A DNA stretch of 64,000 bases from NCBI GenBank assembly GCA_026414575.1, contig JAOAIS010000001.1, forward strand, positions 296-64,295, in the 5' to 3' direction. The position numbers were made by a program, and so were the translations under genes. Position 1 is the stretch's first letter. Each line of letters opens with the position of its first letter. The stretch comes from Aquificaceae bacterium (GTDB lineage: Bacteria > Aquificota > Aquificia > Aquificales > Aquificaceae). The notes beneath the pieces are model-generated. The model searched no databases, was not told where the DNA came from, and saw only the letters and a list, made by a program, of their open reading frames with translations. Below are positions 27,803 through 38,463 of the stretch, one piece after another.

Positions 27803-28905
27803 TCCGCCTTCTGCAGGTTGTGGATGGAGCCGGTTGGGGAGGCACTAAGGAGCAGACCTATCTAATATCCAAGGGCTTGGTCAAAAGGGGTGTGGAGGTG
27901 CATATGGCTATCTCCTTTGGTTACGAGCTTATGGTAAAAAGGCTGATGGGACACTCTGTTAAATTCCACTTTTTTGAAAACCATGACAGGCTTCCTCGTC
28001 TGAATCCCCTCAATTACTACAGGTTATGGAAGATATTAAAGGAAAACAACTTTGACATAGTCGTAGCCAACTCACCCCATGCCTTTGACTTTGTAAGAGT
28101 ACTTCTGCCTCTACTGAGTACAAAACCCAAGATAGTAGCCTACAAAAGAACGGGCAAAAGCTCGAGCGCCTTTTCTAAGCTTTTTAAATACTCGGCGGCA
28201 GACCGAATTGTAGTTGTGGACAAGTCAACCTTTGAAAGGCTTAAGGAGGAAAACTTCTTTCCAGACAGGCTTCGCTATATACCAAGCGGTATAGACCTGG
28301 AGAGGTTCAGCCCCTTAGGAAGGGAGAAGGCTATGGAAAAAAGGAAAGAGCTTGGCTTAGATGCAGGGAAGAGGGTGTTTATCAACGTAGCCAACTGGAA
28401 CCCCACACACAAAGGACAACCACTGTTGATAGAGGCCTTTGCAAGACTTAACTGTCCCGATTGCATACTTTTGTTGGTAGGCATAGGCACAGACAGGGAG
28501 GCACCTGCCTATGGTGAGAAGTATGGCCTTGGAAATAGGCTTTTGGGTTTTGGGTTTAGGGAGGATATTCCCGAACTGCTTGGCATGGCAGATTACTTTG
28601 TCTTCTCCTCTTACTTTGAAGGTATAGCGGGCGCGGTTCTTCAGGCCATGGCTTGCGGTAAGGTGGTGATTTCCACGCTGGCGGGAGGTATAAGGGATTA
28701 TCTCCACGATGGTGTCAACGGCCTTGCGGTTGAGGTGGGAGACCTTGAGGGCTTTGTCAATAAGTTAAAAGTCGCCCTTAGAATGGGTAGGGAAGAGTAT
28801 GAATTCATTTCTCAAAGGGCTATACAGACTGCAAGGGAATACTCCATAGAAAAAACGGTGGATGGGTACATGGAGCTTTTCAGGGAGCTGGTGGGTAAAC
28901 CTTAA
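27799..28905 (+). CDS. Glycosyltransferase family 4
   Basis: GWGGTKEQ, SGIDLERF, HKGQ, GFREDIPELL, SYFEG...AMACGK. Confidence 0.9.
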   Translation: MIRLLQVVDGAGWGGTKEQTYLISKGLVKRGVEVHMAISFGYELMVKRLMGHSVKFHFFENHDRLPRLNPLNYYRLWKILKENNFDIVVANSPHAFDFVRVLLPLLSTKPKIVAYKRTGKSSSAFSKLFKYSAADRIVVVDKSTFERLKEENFFPDRLRYIPSGIDLERFSPLGREKAMEKRKELGLDAGKRVFINVANWNPTHKGQPLLIEAFARLNCPDCILLLVGIGTDREAPAYGEKYGLGNRLLGFGFREDIPELLGMADYFVFSSYFEGIAGAVLQAMACGKVVISTLAGGIRDYLHDGVNGLAVEVGDLEGFVNKLKVALRMGREEYEFISQRAIQTAREYSIEKTVDGYMELFRELVGKP

Positions 28906-29752
28906 GACCCTCAAAGTACTCCATGAAGGCTCTGTTTACAAAGAGGCTGCCATCCTTGAAAAGTAGAAGGACACCCACTTGAGCGTTTTCTCTCAGAAAC
29001 CTCTCCCTACTTACATCATCCATGGCAAGGAGGGCAGTTTCAAAGGCGTCTGTAAGGGTGCAGTCTTCGTAGGCTACTGTCGCCTGAAGGAGATTGTTTT
29101 CCTTACCCAGAATGTGCCTTCTAAAATAGTTACCACCCGTGGAGAGACAGAGATCTCTGGCGTTGTAGCCCTCTGCCAGCACCTTGCCGTTTGTGGGGTT
29201 AAAGACCGCAAGGAGTCTCCTGTGGCCCCAGACCCTGAGGTCACCCGCAATAGATACAAAGCCCCAAGGTGTTTGCAGCTTTTCGTAGGTCTTTTGAACC
29301 GCATAGCCCTTGCCTATACCACCAAGGTCTATGGCCATGCCCTTTTCCAGAAGGCACACCCTCCCGCCTTCAATTTTTATGTTGTGGTAGTTTATGAGTC
29401 TTAAGGCCTCTCCTTCCGTTAAAAGCCCCTTCCTTTTGAAATTAATCGTATAGCTTCCTACAGTTATGTCAAAGTAGCCGTAAGTCTTTCTGGATACTTC
29501 TGATGCCACCCTTATAACTTCAAGAGTCTCTTCTGAAACTTCTGCGCAACCCTGACCAGAAAGCCCGTTTATACGGGATATGTCCGAGCTATCCATGTAG
29601 TCGGATAGCTTTTCCTCGATACTTCTCATGTGCCTGTAGGCTAAGTAGGCTTTGTCCTCTGGCAGGTCTATGAGGGCGTAGGTGCCCATCAGGTGGAAGA
29701 GCCTCTCCTGAGCGAGAGAAAAGGACAGAAAGGCAACGAGTAGAAAAATCAT
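28880..29752 (-). CDS. apbE: FAD:protein FMN transferase ApbE
   Basis: MGT, SDISRIN, GYFDITVG, IDLGGIGKGY, STGGNY, DAFETA. Confidence 0.9.
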   Translation of the reverse strand: MIFLLVAFLSFSLAQERLFHLMGTYALIDLPEDKAYLAYRHMRSIEEKLSDYMDSSDISRINGLSGQGCAEVSEETLEVIRVASEVSRKTYGYFDITVGSYTINFKRKGLLTEGEALRLINYHNIKIEGGRVCLLEKGMAIDLGGIGKGYAVQKTYEKLQTPWGFVSIAGDLRVWGHRRLLAVFNPTNGKVLAEGYNARDLCLSTGGNYFRRHILGKENNLLQATVAYEDCTLTDAFETALLAMDDVSRERFLRENAQVGVLLLFKDGSLFVNRAFMEYFEGLKVYPPAP

Positions 29753-30375
29753 TTTTTCCTTTGCTTTGTGGAGCCTCTTTGGTCTTTCCCGACCTCTTGG
29801 GGTATGATCCTTACCTCCATATCTTTTATCACAACATTTACCGGCTTTGCCTTACCCCCTTCAAAAAGGAAGCTGAGCATGGGCAGGTCCTGCAGGACGG
29901 TAGACAGCTCTTCCTCTGCCAGCAGGCCGTTTACAAAACCTATTGCCAAAAGGGCAGGCTGAAGGATAAGGTTTGGATTCTTTTCGTACTTTAGCACCCT
30001 TTTCAAGTCTTGGTTGAACTGCGTTTGAACCTCCTCGTGAGGCCTTTCTCCGAAGTAAGCCATGTATACATGTAATGGCATGAGGTTTTTGAGCCTCTCC
30101 TCCAAACCATCCCCACCCTTAATGTAGTAAGCCTCCACGCCAAGGGTTTTTAGAGACGACACCAAGGATGCGGAAAATAGGGCGCAAAGGTCTGAGGTTT
30201 CCATGTAAACCACCGCAATGCGGTTGTGCCCCATCTGCTTTATCTGCCTTGCTATCTCCACGCTGGCGTTTATTCTGGAATTTGCCCTCTCTGGAAACAA
30301 TAAGGGGTTGGTCTGAGCGTATGTTACAAAAGACAGACTAACCAAAAGGGTGAGACCAAACAGAAAATTTCTCAT
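29749..30375 (-). CDS. Exported hypothetical protein
   Basis: Signal peptide; ATGA overlap with apbE. Confidence 0.65.
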   Translation of the reverse strand: MRNFLFGLTLLVSLSFVTYAQTNPLLFPERANSRINASVEIARQIKQMGHNRIAVVYMETSDLCALFSASLVSSLKTLGVEAYYIKGGDGLEERLKNLMPLHVYMAYFGERPHEEVQTQFNQDLKRVLKYEKNPNLILQPALLAIGFVNGLLAEEELSTVLQDLPMLSFLFEGGKAKPVNVVIKDMEVRIIPQEVGKDQRGSTKQRKK

Positions 30376-30446
30376 GGGGCTTTATTATATTACGGACGCC
30401 CCCAGAACACATCAGCACTAAGCAAAAGCTTTTATAATACAGAGCC

Positions 30447-30689
30447 ATGGAAGAGCTAAGAGAGAGACTAAAGAGAATAGAGAAGCTCTCCCTGGACCCC
30501 TTCAAGGTTGAACCTTTAAGGAAGGAGATGGAGGAGCTCCTTGCAATGGTGCCAAGTATGGGAAAGGACGACCTTATAGAGTTAAAGACTTTTCTGGACA
30601 AGCTGAAGGAGAGGCTTGAGGAGAACTATGCCCTCTGCTTTGGCTGGATGGAGGAGGTCTTCCAAAGGGGCTTCAGGAGGCAGGTGTGA
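30447..30689 (+). CDS. Small helical hypothetical protein
   Basis: TATAAT 8 nt upstream; GTGA overlap with the next gene. Confidence 0.65.
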   Translation: MEELRERLKRIEKLSLDPFKVEPLRKEMEELLAMVPSMGKDDLIELKTFLDKLKERLEENYALCFGWMEEVFQRGFRRQV

Positions 30690-31816
30690 GGTGGTCTTTA
30701 CTAATCTTGGTCTTAAATCTGGCCCTTGCCCTTGACATCAGCTCCATAAACCTCCAATCTTACACCCTTATAGACCACATGAAGAGGATAGAAGAATTTC
30801 CCCAGCTTGTGGAGGGCAAAAAGGTAAGGGAGTGGATTCTTGAAGACAAACTGCCAGAGGGGAGGCTCTTTTTGGAAAAGGCTCCTCTTACGAAGGAAGG
30901 TTTTCAGGAACTTTTTAAAAACGCCAACCTTGAAAGGCTGGGTGAGCTTATCCATGTAGTCTACGGCTGGACTTTAAGAAGGACAAACATGCGCATGTAT
31001 CCAAGCCACCTTACAATCCACCGGGGAGACCCACAGATAGACTACAACCAGTATACCCTTCTTGAACCCTTTACTCCGCTTGCCATACTCCATACATCCA
31101 AGGACGGAAGGTGGTTCTATGTGCATGCGCCCTACATGAGAGGATGGGTGCAGAAGGAAGATGTGCGCGTAGTTAGCAAGGAAAGCCTTTTGAAGGTCAA
31201 AAGCCTGCCCTTCCTCGTGGTTACCACAGGGAGGGTTAAGCTGGGAGGTGTAGTCTTTGGCCTTGGCTCAAAGATGCCCTATCTGGAAAGGCGTGGTCAA
31301 AGCTACAAGGTCCTTCTGCCAGATGGAACAAACCTTTGGATTACAAAGGAAAGGGGGCTTGAGGAGGGCTACATGAAATTTGAAGAGGCAAGGGTCAGGT
31401 CATTGCTGGAGGAGCTTCTCGGCACGCCCTATGACTGGGGAGGCAAAGAGGGAAGGTGGGACTGCTCATCCCTCGTGCAGAGTCTTTATTCAGTCTTTGG
31501 TGTGGAGCTTCCAAGGAATTCAGCCCAGCAGGAAAGGATTGGAAGGGTTGTGGCAAGAGGGTTTGAATCTTACGAGGAGCTTAAGAACCTTCTCAAGGTC
31601 ATGCCATCCTTTAGAACCCTCCTTTTTATGAGAGGACATGTGATGATATACGGAGGTTTTGAGGGGGACGATGTGGTTGTATACCATTCGGTATACCGCA
31701 TGACCCGCGAGGATGGCAACAAGTGGTTTTTGGGAGCCATCTCAAAAAACTATCTGGAAAGGGAAAAGCTCAGAAATATATACAAAGCCATAGTGAGCGT
31801 TAACCTCTTGGACTAA
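30686..31816 (+). CDS. NlpC/P60 cell-wall peptidase with SH3-type domains
   Basis: Signal peptide, LHTSKDGRWFYV...RGWV, LGTPYDWGG...DCSS, LPRNS, GHVMIY. Confidence 0.9.
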   Translation: MRWSLLILVLNLALALDISSINLQSYTLIDHMKRIEEFPQLVEGKKVREWILEDKLPEGRLFLEKAPLTKEGFQELFKNANLERLGELIHVVYGWTLRRTNMRMYPSHLTIHRGDPQIDYNQYTLLEPFTPLAILHTSKDGRWFYVHAPYMRGWVQKEDVRVVSKESLLKVKSLPFLVVTTGRVKLGGVVFGLGSKMPYLERRGQSYKVLLPDGTNLWITKERGLEEGYMKFEEARVRSLLEELLGTPYDWGGKEGRWDCSSLVQSLYSVFGVELPRNSAQQERIGRVVARGFESYEELKNLLKVMPSFRTLLFMRGHVMIYGGFEGDDVVVYHSVYRMTREDGNKWFLGAISKNYLEREKLRNIYKAIVSVNLLD

Positions 31817-33195
31817 AGCTCTATAACTTCCCCTTCCTCCGGTATGTACCAGTCAAGATTGAGTTCATGTCCTATGGCTTCTCCAAAAACCCTCATCTTA
31901 TTCTCCTCACCGTGGACAAGGAAGACCTTTTCTGGCTTTCCAGCGTTGAATAGCCACTCCAAAAGACCTCTCTGGTCCGCATGGGAAGAAAAGCCGTTTA
32001 TGGTGAAGACCCTGGCCCTGACACTTATCTCTTCTCCGAATATTCTTACGCTTTCTGCGCCGTCTATTATCTTTCTTCCAAGGGTACCCTCTGGCTGGTA
32101 ACCTACAAAAACGAGGGCGCATTCCTCCCTCCAGAGGTTGAACTTAAGATGGTGCAAAATTCTACCACCGTTGAGCATTCCTGAGCCTGCTATGATTATG
32201 GCGCCAGAGGTTACGGAGTTTATGGCCTTTGACTCTTCCACCTCTTTTGTGTAGTGTAGGTTGGGAAGCTCAAAGGGATTCTTCTCGAGGAATATTCTGT
32301 AAGTTTCCTTGTCGTAGAAGTCTGGATGAGATGTAAAGAGTTTTGTAATGCTTATGGCTAGTGGGCTATCAAGGTATATCTGACATTTTGGAAGTTTTCC
32401 TTTTTCGTAAAACTCCCTAAGAACATAGAGTATTTCTTGAGCCCTCTCGAGGGCGTAGGAGGGTATTATGACATTACCACCCCTTCCTACTGCGTATTCT
32501 ATCGCCTGCAGAAGCTCTTCTTTGGATTCTTCAAAGCTTTTGTGGTTCCTGTCTCCGTAGGTACTTTCTATGAATACATAGTCTGCTTTTGAGGGGTTTT
32601 CTGGGTCTTGAACCACGGGCTTGTTCCTGTTGCCTAAGTCTCCCGAAAAGACAAGCTTCTTGTGTTTTTTATCCTCGTAAACCTCAAGCTCTACAAAGGC
32701 CGAGCCGAGTATATGACCGGCGTCCCTTAGTCTAAGGTTTACGCCCCTAGAAAGTTGGTAATCCCTGTTGTAGGGAAGTCTGACCCTGAAGAGGTCCATC
32801 GCCTCGAGCACATCGTACTCCTCATAGAGGGGTGGGTCTGGTATTTTGCCTGTTCTTATGAGCTTTTTAACCTCCGTTTTGTAGTTTTCGTACATGACCT
32901 TGCTGGCATCAAGAAGCATAAGCCTTGCAAGCTTTGCAGTTGGCTCCGTGCACAGCACCTTTCCTTTAAAGCCCTCCTTTACCAAGAGGGGGATTCTACC
33001 ACAGTGGTCCACATGGGCATGGGTAAGCACTAGGTAATCCACATCCTTTGGGTCAAAGGGAAAACTTTCTTTGTTTTTATCCTCCGCCCTTCCCTGAAAC
33101 ATACCGCAGTCTACGAGTAACTTTATGTCCCTTACCTCTATGTAAAAACAGCTGCCCGTGACGGTCTTGGCGCCACCGCAGGGCACAACCTTCAT
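31813..33195 (-). CDS. MBL-fold beta-CASP ribonuclease
   Basis: Start [16 protein letters not shown] (ATG 33195), [39 protein letters not shown]. Confidence 0.92.
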   Translation of the reverse strand: MKVVPCGGAKTVTGSCFYIEVRDIKLLVDCGMFQGRAEDKNKESFPFDPKDVDYLVLTHAHVDHCGRIPLLVKEGFKGKVLCTEPTAKLARLMLLDASKVMYENYKTEVKKLIRTGKIPDPPLYEEYDVLEAMDLFRVRLPYNRDYQLSRGVNLRLRDAGHILGSAFVELEVYEDKKHKKLVFSGDLGNRNKPVVQDPENPSKADYVFIESTYGDRNHKSFEESKEELLQAIEYAVGRGGNVIIPSYALERAQEILYVLREFYEKGKLPKCQIYLDSPLAISITKLFTSHPDFYDKETYRIFLEKNPFELPNLHYTKEVEESKAINSVTSGAIIIAGSGMLNGGRILHHLKFNLWREECALVFVGYQPEGTLGRKIIDGAESVRIFGEEISVRARVFTINGFSSHADQRGLLEWLFNAGKPEKVFLVHGEENKMRVFGEAIGHELNLDWYIPEEGEVIEL

Positions 33196-34034
33196 GGGAA
33201 AGTTTCCATGTATAGCTTTGCCACCCTTTGGGCTAAGGTATTCATCCTCCTTATGTACCTTGCCCTTTCCTGCACCGATATAACACCCCTCGCGTCCAGA
33301 AGGTTGAAGGTATGGGAGCACTTTAAAAGATGATCGTAGGCGGGCAAAACCAACCTTTCCTCGAGGAGTCTCTTCGTTTCCTCCTCATACATTTCGTAAA
33401 GTCTGAAGAGCATGTCTGGGTCTGACTTTTCAAAGTTGTAAACGCTCCACTGATACTCGGACATTTTAAACACATCTCCGTAGGTAAGCCAGCTATTCCA
33501 CTTTATGTCAAAGACGCTATCCACATCTTGAAGGTACATGGCTATCCTTTCAAGCCCATAGGTTATTTCCACGGATATTTCTTCGAGGTCAAGACCCCCT
33601 GCCTGCTGGAAGTAGGTAAACTGGGTTATTTCCATACCGTCAAGCCAGACCTCCCAACCAAGACCCCAAGCGCCTAGCGTGGGGGACTCCCAGTCGTCTT
33701 CCACAAACCTTATGTCGTGCTCCGAAGGGTCTATACCAAGAGCCTTAAGACTTTCAAGGTACAGCTCCTGCGGGTTGCTGGGTGCAGGCTTTAGAATGAC
33801 CTGAAACTGGAAGTAGTGTTGAAGCCTGTTGGGATTTTCTCCATACCTTCCATCCTTTGGTCTTCGTGAGGGCTCTACATAGGCCACATTCCATGGCTTC
33901 CTGCCAAGCACTTTGAGGAAGGTAGCAGGATTCATGGTGCCCGCACCCGTTTCTATATCGTAGGGTTGCCAAACTGCGCAACCTTGCTCCGCCCAAAAGC
34001 GATGAAGGCTCATGATGATATCCTGGAAAAGCAT
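33192..34034 (-). CDS. glyQ: Glycine--tRNA ligase alpha subunit
   Basis: [40 protein letters not shown]. Confidence 0.99.
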   Translation of the reverse strand: MLFQDIIMSLHRFWAEQGCAVWQPYDIETGAGTMNPATFLKVLGRKPWNVAYVEPSRRPKDGRYGENPNRLQHYFQFQVILKPAPSNPQELYLESLKALGIDPSEHDIRFVEDDWESPTLGAWGLGWEVWLDGMEITQFTYFQQAGGLDLEEISVEITYGLERIAMYLQDVDSVFDIKWNSWLTYGDVFKMSEYQWSVYNFEKSDPDMLFRLYEMYEEETKRLLEERLVLPAYDHLLKCSHTFNLLDARGVISVQERARYIRRMNTLAQRVAKLYMETFP

Positions 34035-34091
34035 AGGGATATTTTAACAGAACTAATCTATAATACTTGTGAGGAGGACTTTAAAGCTACA

Positions 34092-35468
34092 ATGATAAAG
34101 TTTGGTACAGACGGGTGGAGAGCAGTAATAGGGGATACCTACACCTTTGAGAATGTCCGCAGGGTAGCCCAAGCCCATGCAAGGGTGCTCCAAGGGCAGG
34201 GCAAGAGGAGGGTGGTAGTGGGCTACGACAATCGGTTTATGTCTGAGCATTTTGCCCTTGAGGTATACAGGGTCTTCAGGACGCTGGGGTTTGAAGCCTA
34301 CCTTACCAACAAGGCCTGTACAACTCCCATGGTTTCCTTTGCGGTCAAGTACATGGGCTTTGACAGCGGGGTGATGATAACTGCCTCCCACAACCCTCCC
34401 GAATACAACGGCTATAAAATAAAGGACTCCTTCGGAGGTTCTGCTACGCCTGAGTTCATAGCCATGCTGGAGGATGAACTTCCGAAGGTCAAGGACATAA
34501 AGCCAGATAGGCCCCAGCCTGAGTATGTAAACGTTTGGGGCAAGTACATGAGTGAGGTAAAGGCAAGGATAAACCAGGAGCTCTTTATGCAGAGGGAGCT
34601 CCAACTTGTGCACGATGCCATGTATGGTTCTGGTCTTGGCACATACTCCCACATGCTTTCTGGCACTAAGGCCAATGTCTATTGCATAAGGAGCTTCCGA
34701 GACCCCCTCTTTGGCGGTCATGCCCCTGAGCCGGTAGAGAGGCATCTTGAGCCCCTCTTTCAGAAGGTAAAAGCCCTTGGTGCAAACCTAGGCATAGCCA
34801 ACGACGGAGATGGAGACAGGATTGCTTTGGCGGACGAGAAGGGAAACTTCGTAAACGCCCAACTAATATATGCCCTGCTTCTTTATCACCTTGTCAAGAA
34901 CAAGGGTAAAAAGGAGGGTCTTGTGGTAAAGACGGTTTCCACCACCTATCTGGCAGACAGAATATGTAAGGCTGAAGGTGTAGAGCTAAAGGAGGTGGCG
35001 GTAGGTTTTAAGAACATAAACGAGATAATTCTCAAAGAAAAGGTCCTTTTCGGTGGTGAGGAGAGCGGAGGCTACGGCATCGTGGAATTCCTACCTGAGA
35101 GGGATGGGCTTTTTACGGGGCTTAACATACTGGAGCTTCTTCTTATCGAGGACAAGCCCCTATCTGAGGTCATAGAGGGGCTCTTTAAGGACTATGGAAG
35201 GGCATATTTTAGAAGGGTAGACTTCCACGGGGGAGAAGACAAAAAGCAAAGACTCAAAGAGCTTACGAAAAACCCACCCGAAAGGCTTGGAAGCTTCAAG
35301 GTCTTAAGAGTCATAACCCTTGATGGTCTCAAGCTGGTATTTGAAAATGATGGCTGGGTGCTTTTTAGGGCTTCTGGTACAGAGCCACTCATCAGGGTCT
35401 ACGGAGAGATGCCAACGGAGGAAGAGCTAAACAGAGTTCTTGAAGAGGCTGTCAAACTCCTTGAATAA
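34092..35468 (+). CDS. Phosphoglucomutase/phosphomannomutase
   Basis: Start MIKFGTDGWR, TASHNP, DGDGDR, GEESGG, RASGTEP. Confidence 0.95.
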   Translation: MIKFGTDGWRAVIGDTYTFENVRRVAQAHARVLQGQGKRRVVVGYDNRFMSEHFALEVYRVFRTLGFEAYLTNKACTTPMVSFAVKYMGFDSGVMITASHNPPEYNGYKIKDSFGGSATPEFIAMLEDELPKVKDIKPDRPQPEYVNVWGKYMSEVKARINQELFMQRELQLVHDAMYGSGLGTYSHMLSGTKANVYCIRSFRDPLFGGHAPEPVERHLEPLFQKVKALGANLGIANDGDGDRIALADEKGNFVNAQLIYALLLYHLVKNKGKKEGLVVKTVSTTYLADRICKAEGVELKEVAVGFKNINEIILKEKVLFGGEESGGYGIVEFLPERDGLFTGLNILELLLIEDKPLSEVIEGLFKDYGRAYFRRVDFHGGEDKKQRLKELTKNPPERLGSFKVLRVITLDGLKLVFENDGWVLFRASGTEPLIRVYGEMPTEEELNRVLEEAVKLLE

Positions 35469-36129
35469 CCTTGTCAGAAAGGACCATGCCGTCCTTTATT
35501 TCTACCACCCTCTGAGCTTGTTCAGCAAGATGCAGCTCGTGGGTCACCATAACAAAGGTTGCTCCCCCTTTGTTTATCTCCTTAAATATTTCCATAACTA
35601 TCTGGGTGTTCTTGCTGTCCAGGTTTCCCGTGGGCTCATCCGCAAGTATGATAGAAGGATTATTTATAAGAGCCCTTGCTATGGCAACCCTTTGCATCTC
35701 TCCGCCCGATATCTGGTAGATTCTTCTTTTTTCTTTGCCCTCAAGCCCCAAAGACTTTAAAAGCTCATAAGCCCTTTCCATCGCTTCTTCCCTTTTCATG
35801 CCCAGCTTTATGGCTGGTAGCATCACATTCTCCAAGAGGTTAAACTCCGGAAGCAGATAATGAAACTGAAAGACAAAACCGATTTTTTTGTTTCTTAGCT
35901 CCGAAAGGCCTCTTTCGTTGGAAAAGTCTACCTTTTCACCTTCAAAGAAGACATCTCCCTCGGAAGGCTTGTCCAAAAGACCCATTATGTACAGGAGAGA
36001 GCTCTTGCCAGAACCACTGGCTCCCACCACCGCCACAAACTCGCCCTTTTGAACGGTAAAGTCTATACCTTTCAGTATCTGCTCCTGACCTACCCACTTT
36101 TTAATACCCTTTAGCTCTATCAAGCTCAT
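35452..36129 (-). CDS. ABC transporter ATP-binding protein (LolD/MacB-like)
   Basis: GASGSGKS, ISGGEMQR, LADEPTGNLD. Confidence 0.95.
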   Translation of the reverse strand: MSLIELKGIKKWVGQEQILKGIDFTVQKGEFVAVVGASGSGKSSLLYIMGLLDKPSEGDVFFEGEKVDFSNERGLSELRNKKIGFVFQFHYLLPEFNLLENVMLPAIKLGMKREEAMERAYELLKSLGLEGKEKRRIYQISGGEMQRVAIARALINNPSIILADEPTGNLDSKNTQIVMEIFKEINKGGATFVMVTHELHLAEQAQRVVEIKDGMVLSDKVIQGV

Positions 36130-37346
36130 TGGCTTCTAAAGATATCAACAGGGTTTAGCCTGCTTGCCCTGTAGGAGGGATAAAGGCTTGCCATAAGGGC
36201 AAAAAACATAGAGAAGAAAAGGGCATACACATAAAGCATGGGGTCTCTGTCAAGGACAAAGCCTCTGGTCCTTATGAGCCCTTCCACATCAAGCCTTATG
36301 CTTTCCAGATACTCCTGAAGTCCAAAGCCCACCAAAGAGCCTATAAGGGCACCCATGAATCCTATAACAAAGCCCTCCATCATGAAGATCAAAAGCACGT
36401 CCTTCCGACTATAGCCCATGGCCATCAGTATGGCTATGTCCCTTTTCTTTTCCAAGACTGTCATCATGATGATGTTGAATATACCAAAGGCGGACACGGT
36501 GAGTATGGCAAAGACTATCATGTAGGTTATGGTGTTCTGTATTTTGAATATGCTCAAAAAGTTCCTGTAGGCTCTTTGCCAGCTTTCTACCTCGTAGCTC
36601 ACAAAAGCCTGAAATTCTCTTGATAGCCTCTCCGCCCTGTTCACATCCCTTATCTTAAGCACTATTTCGTTGACCTCCCCTTGTCTCTCCAAGAGGCTCT
36701 GCAAAGTCTTTATGTTTATGTAGACCCTTGCGTCGTCTATGTTGGTTATGCCAGACTCAAAAAAGTCCTCCACCGTTACCAGAAGACTCTGTCCATTTGG
36801 CGCCACCAGCAAGAGTTTTTTGCCAAGCTGGTCTATGCCCAAGCTCCTTGCCACCAAGGCGCCCACTATTACCCCAGTCCTATTTGTTTCGAGCCTTTGG
36901 AGGTTTTTGTTAACAAGAAACCTATCTATGATGGAAGCCTTAGGTTCCCTCTTGGGGTCTATGCCCAGAAGGGTCACAGGCTTGTCCCTCACGCCGTATT
37001 TGGTTATGCCTTTGCTTACAAGCCTTGGCGCTACCCCAAGCACCTCCTGGTGTTTTTCCAAGTTTTCCATAATGTCCTGCCATCCCAAAATCCTGTCCTT
37101 TTCCTCTGGCTGTTCTCCAAGAAGGATGGTGTAGGGTTCTTGCGTGGACTTTTCTATTTTCGGCTTTATCTTTATGTGAGGTTCAAGGTCTATAACCTGT
37201 TGGATAAAGTAGTTTTGAAAGCCAAGCATAAGAGAACTCATGACCACAAAGGCGGAAACGCCCATGGAAACGCCCAGAACCGAAACCAAGGTTTGCCTCT
37301 TTCTTTGGAAAAGCATCCTCAGGGCCACAAACAAAACATGGTTCAT
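36126..37346 (-). CDS. ABC transporter permease (LolC/E, MacB/FtsX-type)
   Basis: Four-TM layout with a large periplasmic loop; EKKRDIAILMAMG, YPSYRASRLNPV. Confidence 0.9.
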   Translation of the reverse strand: MNHVLFVALRMLFQRKRQTLVSVLGVSMGVSAFVVMSSLMLGFQNYFIQQVIDLEPHIKIKPKIEKSTQEPYTILLGEQPEEKDRILGWQDIMENLEKHQEVLGVAPRLVSKGITKYGVRDKPVTLLGIDPKREPKASIIDRFLVNKNLQRLETNRTGVIVGALVARSLGIDQLGKKLLLVAPNGQSLLVTVEDFFESGITNIDDARVYINIKTLQSLLERQGEVNEIVLKIRDVNRAERLSREFQAFVSYEVESWQRAYRNFLSIFKIQNTITYMIVFAILTVSAFGIFNIIMMTVLEKKRDIAILMAMGYSRKDVLLIFMMEGFVIGFMGALIGSLVGFGLQEYLESIRLDVEGLIRTRGFVLDRDPMLYVYALFFSMFFALMASLYPSYRASRLNPVDIFRSQ

Positions 37347-38449
37347 GGTAGTATGACCCTGTCTCCTGGCTTGAGACCCCCTAAGACCTCTATGAAGTCC
37401 CCGTATTGCTTTCCTGTTTTTATAGACACTTTAAGTTTCCTTGCACCATCTTGCAAAAGCACATGACCGTTGCTGTAGGCTTTGGCTGGTATTACCAAGG
37501 CCCTTCGTCTCTCCACCTCTATCTGACCATCTGCGGTAGCCCCAGAGGGCGTCTCTGGAGGAAGGTTGGCACGCACCTTTGCCGTTATAAGCTTTCTTGC
37601 CCTGTCTACCTCCCTTATTACCTGAAAGACAACACCTTCAAAATCCCTCTCGGGAAAGGCGTCGACCTTGACCCTAGCTTTTTGCCCCTCCCTTATAAGC
37701 CCTGCGTAGCCTTCGTCCACCTCAAGCCATACCTCCCAATCTTTTGAACCTATAGAAAAGAGTCTGTTTTCCTGACCCATGTGGTTTATGTAGTCTCCTT
37801 GGTTTACGAACTTTTTCAGCACATACCCTTCTATGGGGCTTCTTATGGTGTATTTTTCCTTTTCGCGCAGGAGCTTTTGTCTTTGTGCACTGAGCACCCT
37901 CTCTTCCGCCCTTATGGAAATCAGAGCGTCCGCGTAGGCCTTTTTTGACCTCTCGTATTCCTTTTGAGCAACTTCGTACTGGGTTTTGCTCTGCTCGTAG
38001 GCTTCCTTTGGTATAAGACCCTGAGAAAAGAGTCTTTCCCTTCTTTCAAACAGTCTTTTGCTGTTTTCCATGTTTATGCGAGAGGCTTCTACCGAGCTCT
38101 GCAGACTGCTAAGGTAAGAAGAGTCATACATTGCCCTCTCCCTAACAAGCTTTAGCCTCTCGGATACCTCTTTTATACCCTCCTCGAGGGAACCACTATC
38201 TATTATGGCAAGCACTTGCCCCCTTTTTACATGGTCTCCTTCCTTTACAAGAATGTCCTTTAGGTAACCCGAAACCTCAGCCCTTACGAGCACATAGTCT
38301 GCGTTTCTTACATAGCCCGAGCCGTACACAAGAGTGCTTACTTCCCTTTCTTCCACCAAAGCATACCTTACCTCACCCCTTCTTAAAGCAAAGAAGAGCG
38401 CAAGAACAAGAAGGCACAAAAAAAGCGTTATAAGGACAATTTTCCGCAT
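37343..38449 (-). CDS. MacA-like periplasmic adaptor subunit
   Basis: VRAEVSG, VKEGDHVKRGQVL, IRSPIEG, GLKPGDRV. Confidence 0.9.
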   Translation of the reverse strand: MRKIVLITLFLCLLVLALFFALRRGEVRYALVEEREVSTLVYGSGYVRNADYVLVRAEVSGYLKDILVKEGDHVKRGQVLAIIDSGSLEEGIKEVSERLKLVRERAMYDSSYLSSLQSSVEASRINMENSKRLFERRERLFSQGLIPKEAYEQSKTQYEVAQKEYERSKKAYADALISIRAEERVLSAQRQKLLREKEKYTIRSPIEGYVLKKFVNQGDYINHMGQENRLFSIGSKDWEVWLEVDEGYAGLIREGQKARVKVDAFPERDFEGVVFQVIREVDRARKLITAKVRANLPPETPSGATADGQIEVERRRALVIPAKAYSNGHVLLQDGARKLKVSIKTGKQYGDFIEVLGGLKPGDRVILP

Positions 38450-38463
38450 GTCCTTTATAATTA

